29,388 bases of DNA from NCBI GenBank assembly GCA_039803745.1, contig JBDRZD010000019.1, positions 1 to 29,388 of the forward strand, written 5' to 3'. The notes beneath the pieces were generated by a model. That model saw nothing but the letters and a program-made list of their open reading frames with translations, was not told where the DNA came from and searched no databases. The position numbers and the translations under genes were made by a program. Below are positions 25,997 to 29,388 of this stretch, in pieces. Source of the stretch: a candidate division WOR-3 bacterium (GTDB taxonomy: Bacteria; Hydrothermota; Hydrothermia; Hydrothermales; Hydrothermaceae). Numbering within the stretch: position 1 is the first letter of the stretch; each line of letters begins with the position of its first letter.

Positions 25997-27568
25997 TTAT
26001 AACAAACTTATTAACAAAATTTCTATTATGAGAAAGAAAATGGATAATGAAATTGAAACATTTTTTAAAGGAATGGGCAAAAACTTATCAATCTCTTCCA
26101 GAGAATATATTTTTGAATTCACAATTAAATCCTTTATCTCTTCTTCCTTTACCTTTTTAATTCCTATTTCTTCTTTTGGAAAATTAATATTTATATAAAT
26201 TTTCCTTTTATTCTGGATTACATAACTTCCGTAATTTAAATCGTTAAAAAATATCTTACCTTCTTTTATTTCCTCTTTCTTTACAAAATTTCTTTCTGAA
26301 TCATAAATCCTGATTTCTTTTTCGTCAAGATAAATAAATGTGTCTCTTTTTAAATATATAGAATAGGGTAAATCCAATTTTAGGTAATTAATCCCTTCTT
26401 TAAATATTTTTAAAAAAGAAGGCAGATAAACAATATCTGTATAAAAAGTTTCTGGTAAAAATCCAAATATTAAAGTATTTTTTAAAAGGGAAACATAACA
26501 GATTCCTTTATAATCAAAAATAACCCTGCCTTCTTTTATATCAAAGATTTTTGAAAAATGAACGATATCCTCCCCTATTTTTATGTTTATATCTTTTTTT
26601 AACTCAGTATTTAAAAAATCTTTGTCTAAAAATAAAATACAGGGTTTCTCAGAATTTATAAAATTCAAAAGCACATTAAATTCTTCCTTTTCTTCAGGAA
26701 CACCGTAGAATATAAAAATTACTGAATCAGAAATTCCTTTTAATTCTTTATACCCCAAAACATCAAGTAAATTTTTAAGATATTTTGAAATCTGTCCAAA
26801 AGATTTATAATATTTAAAAACCTTTGGTTTTGAAATAAAATAAAAATTGTTTTCCAGTAAAAAATCGTTTGGCAAAACCTGTATTTTTAAAAATTCAAAA
26901 TCTTTTATCTTTAATGGAAAAACATAATCATTTAAACCCTCTTTAATTTCAAAAGTAAAGGAAAAGGGAATATCATCAAATAAAATTTTTAAATTTGCTT
27001 CACTTACTTTTTTTGTAGAATAAATTTTTATAAAAATATTTTCACCTTTTATTTCTGCATCATAAATCCCTATGTCATTTCTTTCTTCAAAAGGAACAAA
27101 TATTAAAAAATTCTCTTCTGAATATTTTATATTTTTAAAAAAATTCAAATCCCCATCGGTTATAACAAATATTGTTCCTTTTTTATCCTTTGTATCAAGA
27201 TATTTTTCCTTTTTAATTTTATCCTCACCAATTATTTTTGAAATTTTATTCATCTTTTTTTCAAACAAATCTTTATAAATCAAAGTGCTTTCAGAAATAT
27301 CCTGAATTACAAGATCAGGATAAAATTTTCTTTTTAAAAATGGTGAGGATAAAAAAATTAAAAGAAAAAATAAAAATAAGACTCTTGAAATTAAGATCAA
27401 AATTTCTCTTATTTTTCTCCTTTTTCTTCTCTCATCCTCTTTCCTCTCCAAAAATCCAAGCCAGGGAAATGGTAATGTCTTTAAAAATTTAATGAATAAA
27501 AGATGTAAAAGAATTGGCAATAGAGAAAGGGGTATAAGGTATAAAAAAATAATATTTTTAAAAACCAT
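25997..27568 (-). CDS. BatA-domain / vWA-like membrane-anchored protein
   Basis: BatA N-terminus MVFKN..FLYL...LPILLHLL...PFP...LILISR; DISES and ITDG MIDAS-like motifs; C-terminal TM. Start taken at ATG 27568 rather than the track start 27610. Confidence 0.75.
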   Translation of the reverse strand: MVFKNIIFLYLIPLSLLPILLHLLFIKFLKTLPFPWLGFLERKEDERRKRRKIREILILISRVLFLFFLLIFLSSPFLKRKFYPDLVIQDISESTLIYKDLFEKKMNKISKIIGEDKIKKEKYLDTKDKKGTIFVITDGDLNFFKNIKYSEENFLIFVPFEERNDIGIYDAEIKGENIFIKIYSTKKVSEANLKILFDDIPFSFTFEIKEGLNDYVFPLKIKDFEFLKIQVLPNDFLLENNFYFISKPKVFKYYKSFGQISKYLKNLLDVLGYKELKGISDSVIFIFYGVPEEKEEFNVLLNFINSEKPCILFLDKDFLNTELKKDINIKIGEDIVHFSKIFDIKEGRVIFDYKGICYVSLLKNTLIFGFLPETFYTDIVYLPSFLKIFKEGINYLKLDLPYSIYLKRDTFIYLDEKEIRIYDSERNFVKKEEIKEGKIFFNDLNYGSYVIQNKRKIYININFPKEEIGIKKVKEEEIKDLIVNSKIYSLEEIDKFLPIPLKNVSISLSIFFLIIEILLISLL

Positions 27569-28433
27569 GCCTTTTATATTTAAAAAGAAAATTAAGAAAA
27601 TTCTTTTCAAGGTCTTCTTCTGCTATAAATTTTATTAAAAAAATTCTTGATTTTAAAATTTCCTCCTCAAACTCCTTAATACTTTTCAGAAATTCCTCTT
27701 TAAAATAATTTATTTCATCCCTCTCATAGATTCTATGTTCTATTCTATACTCCATATCATGTAAGGTAACAGGACCTTTCCATTTAAAATCTATTTCATC
27801 CTTTGAAAGAATTTGAAATAAAATTACAAGATGCTTTTTTGCCTTAAAATATCTTATTGATTTTAAAAATTCTTCTTTATCCTTCAAAAAATCAGAAACT
27901 ATTATAATCACTCCCCTTCTTTTAATTTTTTCTGATAATCCCTTAAAAATCTTTAATGGTTCTGTTTTTCCATAAGGTTTTATTTCTAAAAGGGTTTTAA
28001 AAATTAAATTTAAATTCTTCTTTGTTGCCTTTGGAGGAATAATTTCCCTTATTCTATCTGAGAATACATATAAGCCCGGTGCGTCCCTCTGTAAAAAGGA
28101 AAGATAGGAAAATACTGCACATATTTCCTTTGCAAAATCTATCTTTTTAATCTTTTTACCATAATCCATTGAAGATGAAGCATCAAGAAGAATATAAACT
28201 TTTGTATTTGTTTCTTCCTGAAATTTTTTAACAAAAACCCTTTCCTTTCTCGCAGTTAATTTCCAATCAATATATTTTATTTCATCAAAGGGAGAATATT
28301 CCCTGTGCTCTTTAAATTCTGATGAATATCCATGATATGGGGATGGATGGAGCCCTAAAAGAAATCCTTCAACAATCTTTTTTGCCTTAAATTCAAACTT
28401 TTTTAACTTCTGAACTAAACTTTCCTCTATCAC
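27558..28433 (-). CDS. DUF58 domain (vWA-type, MoxR-associated) protein
   Basis: GLHPSPYHGYSSEFKEHREYSPFDEIKYIDWK...KKFQEET, LDASSSM, VSDF. Confidence 0.92.
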   Translation of the reverse strand: MIEESLVQKLKKFEFKAKKIVEGFLLGLHPSPYHGYSSEFKEHREYSPFDEIKYIDWKLTARKERVFVKKFQEETNTKVYILLDASSSMDYGKKIKKIDFAKEICAVFSYLSFLQRDAPGLYVFSDRIREIIPPKATKKNLNLIFKTLLEIKPYGKTEPLKIFKGLSEKIKRRGVIIIVSDFLKDKEEFLKSIRYFKAKKHLVILFQILSKDEIDFKWKGPVTLHDMEYRIEHRIYERDEINYFKEEFLKSIKEFEEEILKSRIFLIKFIAEEDLEKNFLNFLFKYKRHGF

Positions 28434-29350
28434 TTTTTAAACAAATTCTTTAATATAAATAAACAATTTGCAGGACGCTCACCAAGCCTTCTCATAAAAT
28501 ATGGATACCATTCTCTTCCATATGGAACATATACTCTTACTTTATATCCTTCATTTGCAAGAATTTTCTGAAGTTCATACCTTATTCCATAAAGCATTTG
28601 AAATTCAAATTTTTCTTTTGGAATATTTTTCTCTTTTAAAAATTCTTTTACCCAATTTATAATCTTTTCATCATGGGTTGCAATTGCAGGATAAACTCTT
28701 TCAATATTTTCAAAACATATAATTAAAAGTTTTTTGAAATTCTCATCAACATCTTTTTTCCTTGGAAAGGCAATACTTTTTGGCTCCTTATATGCACCCT
28801 TACATATTCTAACATTTAAAAAAAAGTCTTTAAATAAATCCTTTAAATCATTTTCTGTTCTGTAAAGATATGCCTGAAGAACAATTCCAACATTTTTTGG
28901 AAATTCTTTTCTCAACCTTTTATATAAATCTATTGTTCTCTGAGTATAAGGGGAGCCTTCCATATCAATCCTCACAAAATTATTCAACTCCTTTGCTTTT
29001 TCCAAAATCCTTTTTACATTTTCATAACAGAAATCATCACCTATATCAAGCCCCATCTGTGTTAATTTTATGGAAACATTAGAATTTATATTCTCTTTTT
29101 TTATTCTCTCAAGAATCTCTATATATATAGAAGCAGCATTCATTGCATCATTTTCATTTTCAACATTTTCTCCAAGATGGTCAACTGTTGCCATTATATT
29201 TTCCGAATTCAATTTTTTTATAGCATTTAAAGCATCATCAAGATTTTCACCAGATATAAATCTATCAACAAGTTTTTTAGAAGGTGGAAAACTTTCAATA
29301 AATTTTTTAATTCCCTTCCTTTTTGAAAGAAAAATAAAGAAACTTTTCAT
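28430..29350 (-). CDS. putB: Monofunctional proline dehydrogenase
   Basis: SIKLTQMG, RIDME, LQAYL, RICKGAY, ATHD, EFQMLYG, YFMRRLGERPAN. Confidence 0.93.
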   Translation of the reverse strand: MKSFFIFLSKRKGIKKFIESFPPSKKLVDRFISGENLDDALNAIKKLNSENIMATVDHLGENVENENDAMNAASIYIEILERIKKENINSNVSIKLTQMGLDIGDDFCYENVKRILEKAKELNNFVRIDMEGSPYTQRTIDLYKRLRKEFPKNVGIVLQAYLYRTENDLKDLFKDFFLNVRICKGAYKEPKSIAFPRKKDVDENFKKLLIICFENIERVYPAIATHDEKIINWVKEFLKEKNIPKEKFEFQMLYGIRYELQKILANEGYKVRVYVPYGREWYPYFMRRLGERPANCLFILKNLFKK

Positions 29351-29356
29351 AATTAA

Positions 29357-29385
29357 ATTATAAAGAAAAAAATGGGAAATTTAAA
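29357..29385 (-). promoter_or_regulatory. Putative promoter for the putB-led gene run, leaderless
   Basis: TATAAT (29357-29362) 6 nt before ATG 29350; weak -35 (TTTAAA); no SD. Confidence 0.55.
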
Positions 29386-29388
29386 AAG

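Noticed and set aside
27569..27610. Longer start for the BatA protein
   Set aside because: Deep overlap with DUF58; the BatA motif begins at MVFKN (27568).
276..29363. Short antisense or alternate-frame ORFs in the track (e.g. 4667-5014, 5420-5713, 18407-18796, 24037-24348, 25419-25814)
   Set aside because: Shadows of well-supported genes with F/S/I/L-rich composition, no motifs and no RBS.
1..29388. CRISPR array, IS elements, riboswitches (e.g. purine riboswitch at guaA, cobalamin riboswitch at the receptor operon)
   Set aside because: No repeat-spacer pattern or transposase; intergenic gaps are too short to hold such RNAs.

Overview
AT-rich, very compact chromosomal segment from a diderm (LPS-producing) bacterium. 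Gene content and style suggest an FCB-associated candidate lineage such as WOR-3/Hydrothermae, possibly thermophilic (inference only). The left end holds a leftward exbB-exbD-exbD-tonB-TonB-dependent receptor operon followed by a secreted non-SusD partner gene that runs off the window and is missing from the ORF track. Next come two paralog-like 115-aa membrane proteins and an AmmeMemoRadiSam radical SAM gene. A divergent unit interleaves tRNAs and protein genes: tRNA-Val(GAC), a cNMP-binding protein, tRNA-Glu(UUC) and a multidomain OmpA. After that are a REC + degenerate-GGDEF/EAL pair, rlmI-like/trxB/ccmF, and a 12-gene leftward run (putB, DUF58, BatA/vWA, cheB, sufS, MBL hydrolase, priA, LolA/DUF1571-like, mnmA, guaA, waaA, lipB). 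I saw no mobile elements, CRISPR arrays, rRNA or clear intrinsic terminators. The most notable signals are the uncharacterised TonB receptor + partner system, widespread near-consensus sigma70 promoters placed directly before SD-less start codons (likely leaderless mRNAs, mostly with 18-bp spacers), tRNA-punctuated protein genes, and apparently ultra-short (~10 aa) export signals.
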